Shown here piece after piece: positions 1 through 12,795 of a stretch of 64,000 bases of DNA. How positions within the stretch are numbered: the stretch's first letter is position 1; each line of letters begins with the position of its first letter. A program made the position numbers and the translations under genes. The DNA lies in the NCBI GenBank assembly GCA_020891255.1, contig BQFW01000002.1, positions 2,294,001-2,358,000 on the forward strand, in the 5' to 3' direction. The notes under the pieces were generated by a model. That model saw nothing but the letters and a program-made list of their open reading frames with translations. It was not told the origin of the DNA and did not search any database. This stretch comes from Entomortierella parvispora E1425 (Eukaryota; Fungi; Mortierellomycota).

Positions 1-3000
1 TTGCCGCAGCTGGGATACACAAAGGCCGTGCGAGTGTGCAGCAACTGCTTCGAGGTGGCGTACCTCGTCGCATACTGCCTTTCTGATGATCTGGGGCCAT
101 CTACACAGGTGAAGCATTTACCAAGTGCCGCAGTACTACTCATCGCAAAAAAAAAAACAGTGTAAGAATTTTTTTTGACAAACGCCTGGTTCGAAAATGA
201 CGGGTTGACTTTCATATAGATACATGGAGCTCGTGGTCTGTATGAACTGGTAGAGTCCAACAAAGGTATACCCCGAAAGTGTATGCTCGGAAAAAAAGTC
301 GTCGTCTTGGTATGGAGTGTCTCGTTTAACCAGCCTCGCTTTGTTGTAGTCTCGACTTTAGAGAACGTGGTGGACCATGGAGGAGTGGATGCCTTGATAT
401 ATCTTTGCAACAAGATTCATGGGTTCGAACTGCATGCCCTAGCAACATCCTCTTTGGCTATTTTGGCAGAGCATGGTAAGGCTGCTCCTTATATGCAGCG
501 CAAGTGAATTTGATTCTAAGGGTCACTTTACTAACTTGACTCTACCTCAGAATCCACTCAAGGTGTTCTCATCGCAAAAGGAGCGATGCCTACTCTCTTT
601 AATCTTGTAGGAATCTATGCTCTCCAGGCGATGACTGCGGCCAGACCTCCATCACCTCCTCCCATGTCGCTGCTGCGCATGGCTTCTACCATGTCCCTGC
701 ACTCCAAGAACGCTAGGCGCGTTGAAACCGTGGTGGTTGTTCTTATGAACATCACTCACATCGTGTATCATCTGGTGTACCACCGTAAGTCGCTTCCTTT
801 GTTTTTAAACTTGGGTGTTTCATTGGAAACAGGACTTTTAGCTCATTCAGTATCGGACCTTTGGGTATATAGAGGAACTTGCGAAGCAGTTGGTACGTGA
901 TGGAGCTCTGGATAGCCTCATGAGTCTCTCCGTTTACTTTCCAGCTGAAGTTCGTACGCGCGCCACGGAGCGAGCAATTCGCTCAATGGCCTTGGCCAAG
1001 GAAAGCGATGGGCTGGAAAACAGGACTGTAAACGACAGTGACGAGGAATTGTCTGGGACACCCTCCTCGATAACTCCACCAATTGATGAAGGTGAAGAAC
1101 ATTCGGTCTTGGCGATGGACGAAGTGTTCCACGTTCGTTTGGAAAACATGCAAGGAATCGCAGCAAAGTGCATTTCTGTCTTGGCTTCCAACGTGTCTAG
1201 TCAAACTTTTCTTGTCGATGATCCAGAGAGAATCGACCGCTTGGTTCAGCTCCTGTACTCCACCAATCCAGAAGTGGTCAAGTATGCCTCCAAGACCATG
1301 GCTTACCTGTCACTGAGGAACGATCGATTTAAGCCCAACCTCGTGAGAGGCTCTGGCGCTGCTGCCTTGCTTTCCGTGATTTGGTCTGGAGCCGGAGCAT
1401 CCCTGGACGATGACTCGCCCTCTGCTGGAAAGGCGCTATCGGAGGCGGTGTCCCACTCCTGCTGCGCCCTCGCTAATTTGGCGACCAATACGGAATCACA
1501 AGAAATCCTCATGACGCATTTGGACCTCCTGAATGCGGCGTGCTCTGTTGTTGGTCGCTTCCCGCATCAACAGGAAATTGAGCGTCATGTCGCTCGACTA
1601 ATTGCCAACCTGGCATTGTATGGTAAGAGAGCACTCTAGTGCAACATCTACAATTTTTGTGTTTATTCATCTAACATTTCTTTTGTTTTTCTTTCGTGAA
1701 TAGAGCAAAACAAACTATCGCTGTTGACTGGAAGCGGATCTCCTTCAGATAATATCCATTTTGAGCAAGGCCAAAGCCCACGACCACAGACAGCCGCCTT
1801 TCCACTCCGCCATTCCTCCCCCTTGCCTCGCCGTGCAAAGGGAAATGTTATTCCTACCCTCCTCTATATTGGAGCCCTTACCCTGGAGAGGGCCGATGGA
1901 GTCAATCTTGATATGAACAGCGATTCTTCTCAACCCCTTCGTGATCAGGATAGCTTGGACTTCATGAACGATGACAGGAATACGACTGAATACTCTGATG
2001 CTGGATATCTAACACCAAGTGAGTCTGCCTCTGAGAGAGAGCACGAATCGACTGGAGAAGAATCGCAGGAGCCTTTGGAGATGGAGACTTTGGAATGGAT
2101 GACCGTTCCAGGCATGGAAGATGTTCAAAGGCACATTATCCGAGCCATTGACAACCTAATGACGGTTGTCATGGAAGACCCCGAGTCTGACCAGAGCTCC
2201 AAAGTCTTTTCAAAGATTTGGCCCACTCTTGGTCTGATCAAGACGATCCAGATGACCAACCAAGATGAGGATACCCAGAGACGCGCTTCTCATGTGCTCG
2301 GTACCTTGATTCAACAGCAACGGATCCATGGCGACACCCTGACAACGTTGCAGCAACAATCGCAACCTCAGTCTCAGGCGCCTACTATGATCAATGCGCC
2401 AGAGGGTGTCGAGCAGGAGCCTGCTGCTGCTCAGAGTCATTTGGACTCTAAAACACTCGAAACAGCGACTTTGGAAGAAGGCGCTGCCGAGAAGCACCGT
2501 CAAAAGGTGCAGCGTAACGAGCATAGCCAGGAAATCAAGGACAGAGAAGTAATTGAGAAGGAAGCTCTTGAAACCAAACTGTGCTTGGAGAAGGAGCAGC
2601 AGGAAGCTGAACGTTCGGAAGCGGTACGCGTCAAGAAGGAACATCAAGAAACTGAACGCTTGGAGGCGGCGCGCCTCAAAAAGGAACGCAAAGAAGCTGA
2701 ACGTTTGGAGACTGTGCGTCTTGAGAACGAGCGTCAGGAGGCTGAGCGCCTTGAAAAGGAGCGTCAGGAAGCGGAACATCTGGAGGCTGTACGCCTTGAA
2801 AAAGAGCGTCAGGAAGCTGAACATCTGGAGGCTGTACGCCTTGAAAAAGAGCGTCAGGAAGCGGAACGCCTTGAAAAGGAACGCCTTGAAAAGGAACGTA
2901 GGGAGACCGAACGTCTGGAAGCCGTACGACTTGAAGAACGTAAAGAAGCTGAGCGCTTGGAAGCCGTTCGTCTTGAGAAGGAACGTGAAACTGAGCGTCT

Positions 3001-3436
3001 TGAGAAGGAGCGGCAGGTAGCCGAACGCCTGGAAGTTGCACGTCTCAAGAAGGAGCGCCAAGAAGCCGAACGTCTGGAGGCCGCACGCCATGAAAAGGAA
3101 CGTGAAGACGCTGAGCACCAGGAAACTGCGCGTCTCGAGGAGGATCACAAAGAAGCCGAACGCTTGGAAGCTGCACAACTCGAGAAGCAGAGTCAGGAAG
3201 CCAAACGCCTGGAAGCAGCAAATACGGCAAGAGCTCAACCGGAAGCTCCATCTGACAAAAAAGCAAACGAAGTCAAAGATGATGAAGCTCCGACTCCTGT
3301 TCCCCAGGACGAAAAGACTGTAGAGTCCTCTTCTAAGATGGCACAGAGTTCTGAAGAACTTTCTACAAGCCACGACGACGAGACAGTGACCAAGGAGAAA
3401 GCGAAGAAGAAGAAAAAGAGAAGGTCGGGAAAGTAG
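1..3436 (+). CDS. FYVE-domain plus armadillo-repeat protein with C-terminal ER/K-rich helix (5'-partial, ~5 introns)
   Basis: Frame 1 reads LPQLGYTKAVRVCSNCF, the end of a FYVE finger. GT-AG-joined exons give ARM-like repeats (GVLIAKGAMPTLFNL; EVVKYASKTMAYLSLRND; HSCCALANLATN; ERHVARLIANLALY). The last exon ends KKKKRRSGK* at 3436. Confidence 0.75.
2590..3210 (+). repeat. Coding tandem repeat, degenerate 15-codon unit E(R/H)LEAVRLEKERQEA
   Basis: 45-bp unit at 2774-2818 and 2819-2863 differs only at the last base; flanking copies are degenerate. Confidence 0.9.
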
Positions 3437-3568
3437 TTGGATTTTTTTTTGTGGTTAAATTAATCGGGATATTAAATTCTGATTTTTTTTCAAACCTTTT
3501 TTAATATTTCGTGCATGAGTCAATGTTCTCCTATTCCATCCCACATCTCCAACCTACTACATTGAAAA

Positions 3569-4452
3569 ATGTACCACGAAAGTCAAAATCAGGGTCAATG
3601 TGGCAAGCACACTCTTAACAACCTGGTAAGAGGATGTCTGGGCTATGATGGTCCACCAGAACTCGATGCAGGAAGCAAAGCTCCCTCTTGACCGATAACC
3701 AACACAATAGCTTCAAGGAGCCGTCTTCAGTATCGCCGATCTGGACGCTATTGCGGAAAATCTTCGACGTACGGCACAGGAAGACCTACAGCAAACGCTA
3801 TGGAAGAACCCATATAAAAGTCCACTGTGAGTCGATCGTGTGGTTGGTTTTGGGTAAAAAAAATATGGTCTGAGTGCTTAAATTCACGACCTGGACCATC
3901 AACGATAGTGGCATGGGATATTACGACGTGAGCGTGTTGGAGGCTGCCCTTAATCAGCAGCATTGCAATCTGGCCTGGTTTGATGCACGACATGGTAAAG
4001 TGGCAGAATCTTTGCAGTGGACATGCGCGTAAAGCGAGATGATACTTATGAATAGCCTGTTTTGTTGACTACCAGACATCGCGGAATGTTTAAGTAAACA
4101 AGACGAATCTATGGTTGGCCTCATAGTTCATATACCGACTTCGCCGCGCTGGATTCCATTCTGGAAAGGACAACATTGGTTCGGAATCCTGCGACTTCCC
4201 GACGGCGCGTTTGTGGACTTGGACTCGAGGCTGTCGCAGCCCGCGCCTTTTCAGGGGTTTGAAGAGGTAAGCCTGTGAGCCCCCGTATAGCCTTGGATAC
4301 TCTGTTTAAAATGGACGCATTCAGGACGGGGACTGACAGTGATGTTGACTGTCTGTCCATGTGCAACATAGACCGTTTCCTTCCTTACGAGCATACTGGC
4401 ACAAGGCGGCCGCCTGTTCCTCGTGCACAGATCGCCAGACATACCGCAATAA
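3569..4452 (+). CDS. Josephin-domain deubiquitinase (JOSD1/2-like), multi-exon, not shown by the ORF track
   Basis: ATG 3569 gives MYHESQNQGQCGKHTLNNL. Later exons give WKNPYKSPL, GMGYYDVSVLEAALNQ, QHWFGIL and FVDLDSRLSQP, ending FLTSILAQGGRLFLVHRSPDIPQ* (TAA 4450-4452). Catalytic Cys, His and Asp are all present. Confidence 0.85.
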
Positions 4453-4649
4453 AGGCCTAATTAAGGGGCCAACTAGATGTCTTCTGATTTTTTCTCTCCG
4501 AGTCTTTTTTTCGCTCGTGTCCCCCGTCCCCTTCGCCCTTCCCGCCACTGCCACCGCAGCTCACACGCTCCTCTTTGCCCATTCATCCTTCTTTCATTCC
4601 CCCCTCCATCACACACTCGCCCATTCTTGCTGCTAGGCCTTGCCTCGAG

Positions 4650-4959
4650 GTAAAAAGCTGCACGCCATACCGCTCTCCTTACTTTGACCCCAGAGTCCAC
4701 CAGTGGTCGCGAATGCCCAATTAATGCGACCGCTGGGGCCCCATGTTCATTCTCCGCTTGAAGCATTTGTCGCGCCTCCCGTTATGCTTTTCTTGTTTCT
4801 CAAAGTCTCTCTCGAAGGAGAGCGATCTTTACCTGTCGTTTTCCTATGCTACCCATCAATAGTTATCCCCTTCGGCTGCCCTACGCTAAAAGTATGAAAA
4901 CAAGACCTCTGCATCTAACACCCTATGTTTCTCTTTATCCTCGGCGTGGTCCCACCTAG
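4650..4959 (+). other. Probable 5'-UTR intron of the Argonaute gene
   Basis: Donor GAG|GTAAAA at 4650, CTAAC branch-like motif near 4915, acceptor CTAG 5 nt before ATG 4965. Confidence 0.55.
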
Positions 4960-4964
4960 GTAAC

Positions 4965-7900
4965 ATGTCCACTGCCGCGCCTATTCACCTGACTGACGTT
5001 GTCAAGCGGCCGGATGTTGGAACGGCTGGAAACAAGGTCCAGGTGAGGACCAACTTCTTCGAGGTCACCAACCTCCCAACAATCAATATCCATCATTACG
5101 ACGTTACGATCTCCCCGGATGTCCCTCCACCCGTGAACCGCAAGATTTTCTCGCAGTTTATCGAAAAATTCAGAGTGACCGACCTGAAAGGCGTCCGCCC
5201 CGTCTATGATGGGCGAAAAAATATGTTCTCGGCAAAGTCACTGCCCTTTGACAGCAAGACATTTGAGGCAAGTGCTATTATGCTATGTCCTTCAGTGATG
5301 TTGAACCAAAAAAAAAAAAAAAATCTAACTTCCGACTGATTTTGTCCTGGTTCCAATGCCCGTGCATAGATTGTCCTCTCTGAAGACGTGAGGCCAAATT
5401 CGAAGAACCCCACTCCGTCTTTCAAGGTCAAGATTAAGAAGGCTGCGGAGATCAACCTTGAAGAGCTCTCGCGATTTCTCAAGGGGAAATCAGCTCTCTC
5501 GAACAACTGTCTGACAGCCATCATGGCTTTGGATGTACTTATCCACCATGAGCCCGCCATGCTATACCAGACGGTTGGAAGATCATTTTTCACTCCTGCT
5601 GGCAGTCAACCTCTCTCGGGTGGTTTGGATGTCTGGCGTGGGTATTACCAATCAGTTCGGCCCACATCAGGTAAAAGAACGGCTTCATTGACTAGACAGA
5701 GAGCGACGTGCATATAACCCAACTCTTACCTAAGATTCTGCAACTCATCACAACATCATAATTTAGGCAGGATGATGGTCAATGTGGATGTGTCCGCTAC
5801 GGCGTTCTTTCAGGCAATTTCTTTGCCTCAAATGGTTGTGAAAATCCTCGACTTGCGAAATACCGGTAAGTGCGACTGTGCAATACCTCTCAGACGTCGC
5901 CTCCGCTGCGAACTAACGTCTCTAATCTGTGGATTTTATTATTTAGACGACCTCCGCCGGTCGTCGCTGAACTTCAAGAAGGTAGAGAGGGTGATCAAAG
6001 GTCTGCGCATCCGAGCCACCCATCGACAACTCTCATCCAAGACCTTCAAGATCTTTGGATTGACGAATACATCAGCCAAAGATACCGTCTTCAACCAGGT
6101 TGTGAATGGCAAAGACCCGAACGCGGAACCCGTGGAGGTTAAGACAAATGTCGCTGCCTACTTTAAGACGGTCTATAACGTCGCCTTGACGTTCCCTGGT
6201 CTTCCCTGTGTCATTGTCGGAAGAACTGCGATGCTTCCGCTGGAAGTTTGCGAGGTGGTTCAGGGGCAGCGTTACCACAAAAAGCTAGATGAGAAGCAGA
6301 CTGCCGATATGATCAAGTTCACGTGTCAACCACCTGCGGTCCGCGCGAACAATATCAGAGACGGCCTTCGCATCTTGAACTACGACAGGAACGACTTCTT
6401 GAAGGACTTTGGTCTCAAGGTGTCTAGTGAGATGGCCACAATCCAGGCACGCATTCTCCCGGTTCCCACAATCAATTACAACCCCGCATCCAGAGATCCG
6501 AACATCCGTCCCCAGTTTGGCGCCTGGAACCTTATTGGCAAAAAGGTTCTAAGAGGTGCCAAGCTCTCCTCGTGGGGCGTCATTGTCTTTGGGACAGAAC
6601 AGTACGTGCCCAAGGCGCAGATTACTGCCTTTGTCCGTGAGTTGGTTGTCACCTGCAATGATACTGGGATGAACATTGTCAATAAGACACCCCCTATCAT
6701 GTATTGCAACCCACATGGCGACATTGAAGCTGCCTTGAAAGATATTTGGACCAGGGCAGGGAACGCCGTGAAATTGAAGCCTGAGCTCATTATGTGTATC
6801 CTGCCCACGACTGGCGTTCCCCTCTATGCAGAAATTAAGAGAGTGACGGATACAGTCTTGGGAATCTCTTCTCAGTGCATCCAAACGAAGCACACCCGCG
6901 ATGCCAAGAAGCAGTACTGCGCTAACGTCTGCCTGAAAATGAATGTGAAACTTGGTGGAATTAACTCCCAGCTGGCTCCAAAATCCATGCCCTTCCTCGA
7001 GGACAAGCCTACCATTTTCTTTGGCGCTGATGTCACACATCCCGGACCAGGTATATACGCCCAAGTGTGCTTTTGATTTTGTCTCTATTGAAGCTGTGTC
7101 TAACCTTTTGCTCCAACTTGTAGGAGACACAATCCGGCCGTCAATTGCGTGTCTTACTGCCTCGATGGATGGGAAAGCTGCAAGATATGCGGCTGCTGTA
7201 CGCACTCAAACCTCTCGCCAGGAGACAATGGCTGATCTTGCTGAAATGGCCGAAGAACTCCTCCGTGCATTTTTTGTGTCGTAAGTCTTCCACGAACTTA
7301 CTCTCGGCTGTTGATATTAAATGAGATACCCGGTATTAACTTTTATTTCCTATTCTTTCACTGCACGCTCCTTTTGGGCGAGTTCAGGAACAGAGTGAAA
7401 CCCGAGCGTATCCTCTTCTATCGCGACGGTGTGGCTGAAGGACAGTTTGCCGAGGTGATGCGGGTCGAGGTTGCTGCCCTGAAACAAGCCTTTGCAAAAC
7501 TGGAGGCAGCCTATAAACCGAAGCTGACGTTCGTTGTTGTTCAAAAACGCCACCATGCCCGTTTTTTCCCAATGAACCGCGATGGTGGAGACCGCAGTGG
7601 CAATTGTTTGCCCGGAACAGTCGTGGATACTGGAATTACACATCCATTCGAGTTTGATTTCTATCTACAGAGCCATGGAGGTCTTCTTGGTACATCGCGG
7701 CCCGCCCACTACTGTGTTCTCCATGATGAAAACTCGTTCAAGGCAGACCAGCTTCAAGATATCAGCTACAAGTTGTGCCACCTGTATGCCCGTTGCACTC
7801 GCACTGTGTCGATGGTACCGCCTGCGTACTATGCCCATCTGATTGCTGCCCGGGCCCGATTTCATGCAAGGGGAGAGAATTGGAGTGACTCGTACTCGAC

Positions 7901-8052
7901 AGACACGACTTTGAGCGACGGCCCTGCCTATGCCAGGGTTCCCAAGTCGCTTACCGGAGGTAAGAATCCTTGACAAATAACCCTTCATCGCTCTATTGAC
8001 TAACATGACTGTATGACATTTTGAATGTATGATAGTTATGTGGTTTATGTAA
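4965..8052 (+). CDS. AGO1: Argonaute (N-PAZ-MID-PIWI), 6 coding introns
   Basis: [19 protein letters not shown]; [14 protein letters not shown]; [18 protein letters not shown]; [11 protein letters not shown]; FYRDGV; VVQKRHH; GTSRPAHY; PPAYYAHL. The last micro-exon reads VMWFM* (TAA 8050-8052). Confidence 0.97.
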
Positions 8053-8313
8053 CCCTCCTTTGCCATTGCCATCCCAGCGCAACCTCCAATACAGCGCCTG
8101 GGAAAGGATCTCTCAAAACACCATATGACAGCAGATACGTTTAGGAGTAGCTCCGAAGAAATAAAATGTTGTAAAAAACCAAACAGGGATATGAACCAAG
8201 AACAGCAGGGAGCTCCGTACTCACAAAACAGCATGCTGCGGTACATGTAGGCGACAATCAAGATATACAAGTGGGGGAAGGATGAGGAGAAAGTAGCATA
8301 GGCGAGAAACTTT

Positions 8314-9289
8314 TCATTCGAAGACGCTAACAACAAGATCGTCGTATGTCGAAGCTACCGCAAGGACCAAAGGCATATCCGAGGAATGGAGACCGAGAAG
8401 AGTTGCCATCGCGTCCAGGTTTGGATTCGCTCTCAATACTTCACTGTCTCGGGTCAAAGATGACAGCATCCGACTGTACTGGTATAGCTGGTACAGGCGA
8501 TCTTCCAGATAATTCAAGCACTATTATTGAGAAGAAATATGTCAATATTTCTGGGAAAAGAGTTGTTACGGCGTTGGCAGAACGGTGCAGTTGTTTCCTT
8601 GTTAATTACCATCTCAGCCGCCAGGCCGCTCCGAGAAAGATCTATGGTCTGGTGCAATGTCACATCCATGAAAACACTAGCGGTATTAGGTATTCGCACG
8701 ACCTGTTCTGCCTTGTTCATTAGATCTCCATAGCCTCCTCCTCCTCCTAAACCGATGGTACCGCCTCCTCCTGAATCAGAATCACTATTGCTGTTCCCGA
8801 GGAACTGGAATCCCGACATGCCTCCGAGAGCCGGTCCTGCATTGCTACCCATTGACGTAGCAACCGATCGTGGAGATAAAGAGGGCGCCGACGATGGTAG
8901 AATTCCTACAACAGCAGTGGGGTTTATAGCCGCCTTTGCAGAAAAGACATTGCACTTCATCGTATTGGCGTCCGCAACTACGCAAACTGTTGACTGGATC
9001 TTGTCCTGCACTTCGAAATGTCGCATTGTGTCTTTCATATCCGTTTCCATAAAATCCAAAAAGTCGAATCGAGGAACGCCCATTAATGCAAAGTCGGACA
9101 TGTAGTGATCACAGTAAGGCGCCATCAACGATCTTCCGTAGGACTTGCAAAAGAGCACATCTGCTGGTAGAATTTTGTCGGGGATGTTCGCTCCCTTTGG
9201 CGCACTACTCCCACCCTTGAGACCTCCCTCAGCTGCTGTGGCTGTCAGAGAAATTGACACAGCAGAGTTGGTAGTTGTGGGTATGGCGC

Positions 9290-9333
<44 letters not shown>

Positions 9334-12300
9334 ACACCATTCGCTCCAGGGCCACCGTTGGTAGGATTTGGTATTGATGGCGACTGAAGGTGAAGGGACG
9401 GCTGTTGTGTGGACGAAGACGCCTGCGGACAAAACATGGAGGCCGTTTGAGTTGATGTCGTATACGAAGCTGGGGAAGGGATTGGCGGGAATGTACAGGC
9501 AATGCGCGATGCTGGTACTGGAACATTCGTCAAAACTTCCTGGGCAGCTGACCCACATTCCGAGTCAGTATCGATCCTCGTCAACTTTAAATTGGCCTGT
9601 GAGCTTTCCGTTGCGATTGTGTCGGACGACTGAGTTCTAGATCGCATCGTATCGACGCGCAGGTTGTGATGGGATGCCGTCAAATGGGAAGACCCTCCCG
9701 ACGTATGTTGGGCGTTATTAGATGAGGGCTGTTGACTCTGCTGTTGCTGTTGCTCGTCACCTTGAGCCGAAGCGCGATCGGAATCTGGGCGGCTATCGAT
9801 AGTTAAAGGTGAGGTTGGTCTTGATGGGTATGGTGTTGATTCCGTTGACAAAGAATCTCTGCTTTCAACCCTAGGTCTAGAAGAGTCGAAGAGTGGTCGT
9901 CGCGGCACAGAGGGGGTGATAGGTCTATCGCTGTGATGTGGAAGTATCGGAGTGGTTGGCTCTCCAATGGCCGTCAGGCGAGAAGAGACCGAGGCTCGAG
10001 TGATTGATGAAGACGCGCGAGTACTTGACGAAGCAAAAGTGTCAATTCGAGGTCGTTTGGGTATATTGATAGATCGCACCATTGTCGCTGGACTGCCACT
10101 TTCATAGTCTTCCTGGATATCGTGCTGCATCCGTGATGGTTTCGGTGCGTTCAGGAGAGACTCTGGATCTTCCTTGACTTCAGTCACATTCTGAAAGACT
10201 TCATTGCACCTGATAAAGTAACTGAGGATGAACAAGAGTCGCCGAACATAGCTTCCATTTGAACCAACAACGATCGTCCGGCTTATCCTAGAGGTGGTTC
10301 CGATGTTCCCGTAAAGATCACTTAATTGTGCCCACAATGGATCGTAGCCTCCTTGAGCACGTATCTAATGGCACAGGCAGTGAGTGGATAACACTTTGTT
10401 AGCAATATGATATGAAAGAGACGCAATGATCGCCTATTCTCCACATACCCGTGCTGATGGCTCTTCTGAAGGAGCAATTGTTGGCACCCAGGAAACGTGA
10501 TGGCGGAGAACAGCAGAGATAACTTCTGAAACCAGTTGACTAGAGGATGGACTCTCGTCCATGAGGTGAGTGAGCTCTGTGATAAACGATGCTGAGTAAA
10601 AGGCTCGTTTGCTCGGGTATGTGTTGATGTTGAGCCATAAAGGGGACTAGAAAAGTCAAAAAGAAATATCGCCTCATTGTGTCAGTGACTGAGAATCCGT
10701 CGCCTTCATTATTGATGTTTATAAAAACGCGGAATGATAGATCGTGGACTGTACCTGAATTCGTGGCGCACTATATAGCTCATAAATAGATTGCTGGAAT
10801 CGAGCTACTGCTTCCAGAATCCGTGTCTCTTGTTGAAAGATAAGTCGAGGTAAATCCGGTATTGAGCGCACATGTCCACTCCCTACATTGCCACCTTTCT
10901 ATAAGGAGGGAAGACACGGTGTCCATTGTTAGAATTTACAATCCATGTTTTTACGAGGGGTTTCAGGTACGTGGGCTTTGGTTTCTCCCCCTTACCGCCA
11001 TCATGATCCTGTTCCTGCAGACAGGCAAGAGCAACTCCTGATACAACGCCTGAAGATGGTGGAGTCGGCTCTCGATCAGCGCGAAATGCGAAAAGATGAA
11101 CTCCCGTAGCCGAACATTGTCCCGCACATCGATGAATACTGCAATAGAATAAAACTTTGAACGTGCAGCTTGAGAGAGAGCGGGCTAATAAGACATGCAA
11201 TGCAAGAAAAGTGGGGGAAGGGGTCAAAAAAAGGGACTCGGGTGGAAGCAAAAGTACGTCGGCCAAAAAAAATTTGATTGCTTGTTTTTTTTTTTTCTTT
11301 GGCTTTACCTTTGCATGCCCATTGTCTGTCTGCGATATTGAACTAGGAAGCGGTGTAGGGTTGAACGTGCCATTCTCCATGCTTGTTTGACTGGCGCGTC
11401 GGAGCCGTCGGACATCAAAGCCTGGCCGAGGCGCGCGAGACCGGGTCATGGAGGATGTGTTGGGCATGGATGAAGAGACCGTAGATGTGGCCGCAGCCGA
11501 GGCCCCGCTCCGCAAGTAAGATGAATCGTCCTGTCTATAGGCCGAGTCGGGTATAAAGGCCGTCATGGGTCGTGATGTCCTGGGAGGGTGGGCGCGAAAG
11601 TCACCATAGTTGCCGCTGACGGTGGACAGCCCCGAGATTTCTGCGGTGCTGCTGCTGACGCTGGACGAGAAAGAGCCTCGCCTGGTCGAGGCCGAGTTGA
11701 AGGAGGCAATATCCGTGGGATGGATACTGAAGGTCTTCGTGAGCATGATCTGTGCTGGCTCTGAGAGGAGGTGGATCTTGGTGCTCGAGCCTTTGTAGGC
11801 CAGCGGCGTGGTGCCAAACATGAGCTTGGGGATGATGGAAGGGATCTATTGGGGCAGGGAGGGAGATTCATTCACACGGTCAGCACCCATGCACGGCAAG
11901 AAGGTATCTCTCTTCTCTCCATCACTGTCTCCTCTTCTGCTGCTATCCTGCTCCGGGCTTACAATCTTTGCGGGTCGGCGAACAGGAACCGACTGACTGC
12001 CAGACATGGTGCTGGGTAGAGATCGCTCGCTCCGCAAGGAACCAAAGAGCGAGCTCATGCTGCCGCTCCGGAAGGAGCTCCTTGCAGGCGAGGGGCTGGG
12101 TGACTCTGGTGGAAGGCCGCTGCTGCCAAGGCTGTCATGGACCTGCTGACTATCAAAGAGAACAACATCCTGGATGCCATTGACCTCCTGACACATGAGC
12201 ACCCTGATCTCGTGCGTGCCGAACGACGGTGGGCTCCAGCTGTGTGAGTGGCATGGTGTTGGAGGAGAAAAGGGTGTTAGTCGGGCGAATGGAAAGATAG

Positions 12301-12438
12301 GTAGATGGACGGATGGATGGATGCACAGGAAGACGGGACTAGACGGAACTAGACTTGCCATTCCTGCTCGAGTAGCTCGCGCGTGTGCTTGTCTTCTTGC
12401 TCCTTGGCGGAGGAACCCTTGGAGAAGAACTTGAGCAT
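8314..12438 (-). CDS. FNIP: Folliculin-interacting protein (FNIP/Lst4 family), multi-exon
   Basis: [24 protein letters not shown]; [17 protein letters not shown]; [11 protein letters not shown]; [13 protein letters not shown]; [13 protein letters not shown]; [13 protein letters not shown]; YLEDRL. These match the FNIP N/M/C segments. ATG at 12438. Confidence 0.9.
9290..9330. repeat. (GTTGCT)6 microsatellite encoding an Ala-Thr run in FNIP
   Basis: Direct reading of the sequence. Confidence 0.9.
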
Positions 12439-12795
12439 GGACCCTGATCGAGGATGGTGGAGAAAGGGGATGGAGTGCGAGCAGGCAAGATTAAGATTTC
12501 GCCCAAGGATGCGGAGGAGGTTGGAAAAGGGACGGAGAGCAAGAGATGGTGTGTGTGTATATGGATGAATATGTGTGGATGGATGGATGGATAGACAGAT
12601 GGATGGAAGAACAACAAGGAGAAAGAAGGAAGGAGCGTCCTTTTCTGCGGTCTTTGTAATTGCACACCTTCCATGAATGCATGCATCGTGTGCCTTTCCA
12701 CAGTACCTTTTTTTTTTTCTTTCTTTCTTTCTCTCGTTCTCCCTTTTCTCGGCTCAATCAACCAGGTGCTTCCTCCAATTGCCAATCCTCCTGCC

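Noticed and set aside
2210-3373. 387-aa minus-strand ORF
   Set aside because: Antisense shadow of the ER/K repeat; Phe/Leu-rich with no motif.
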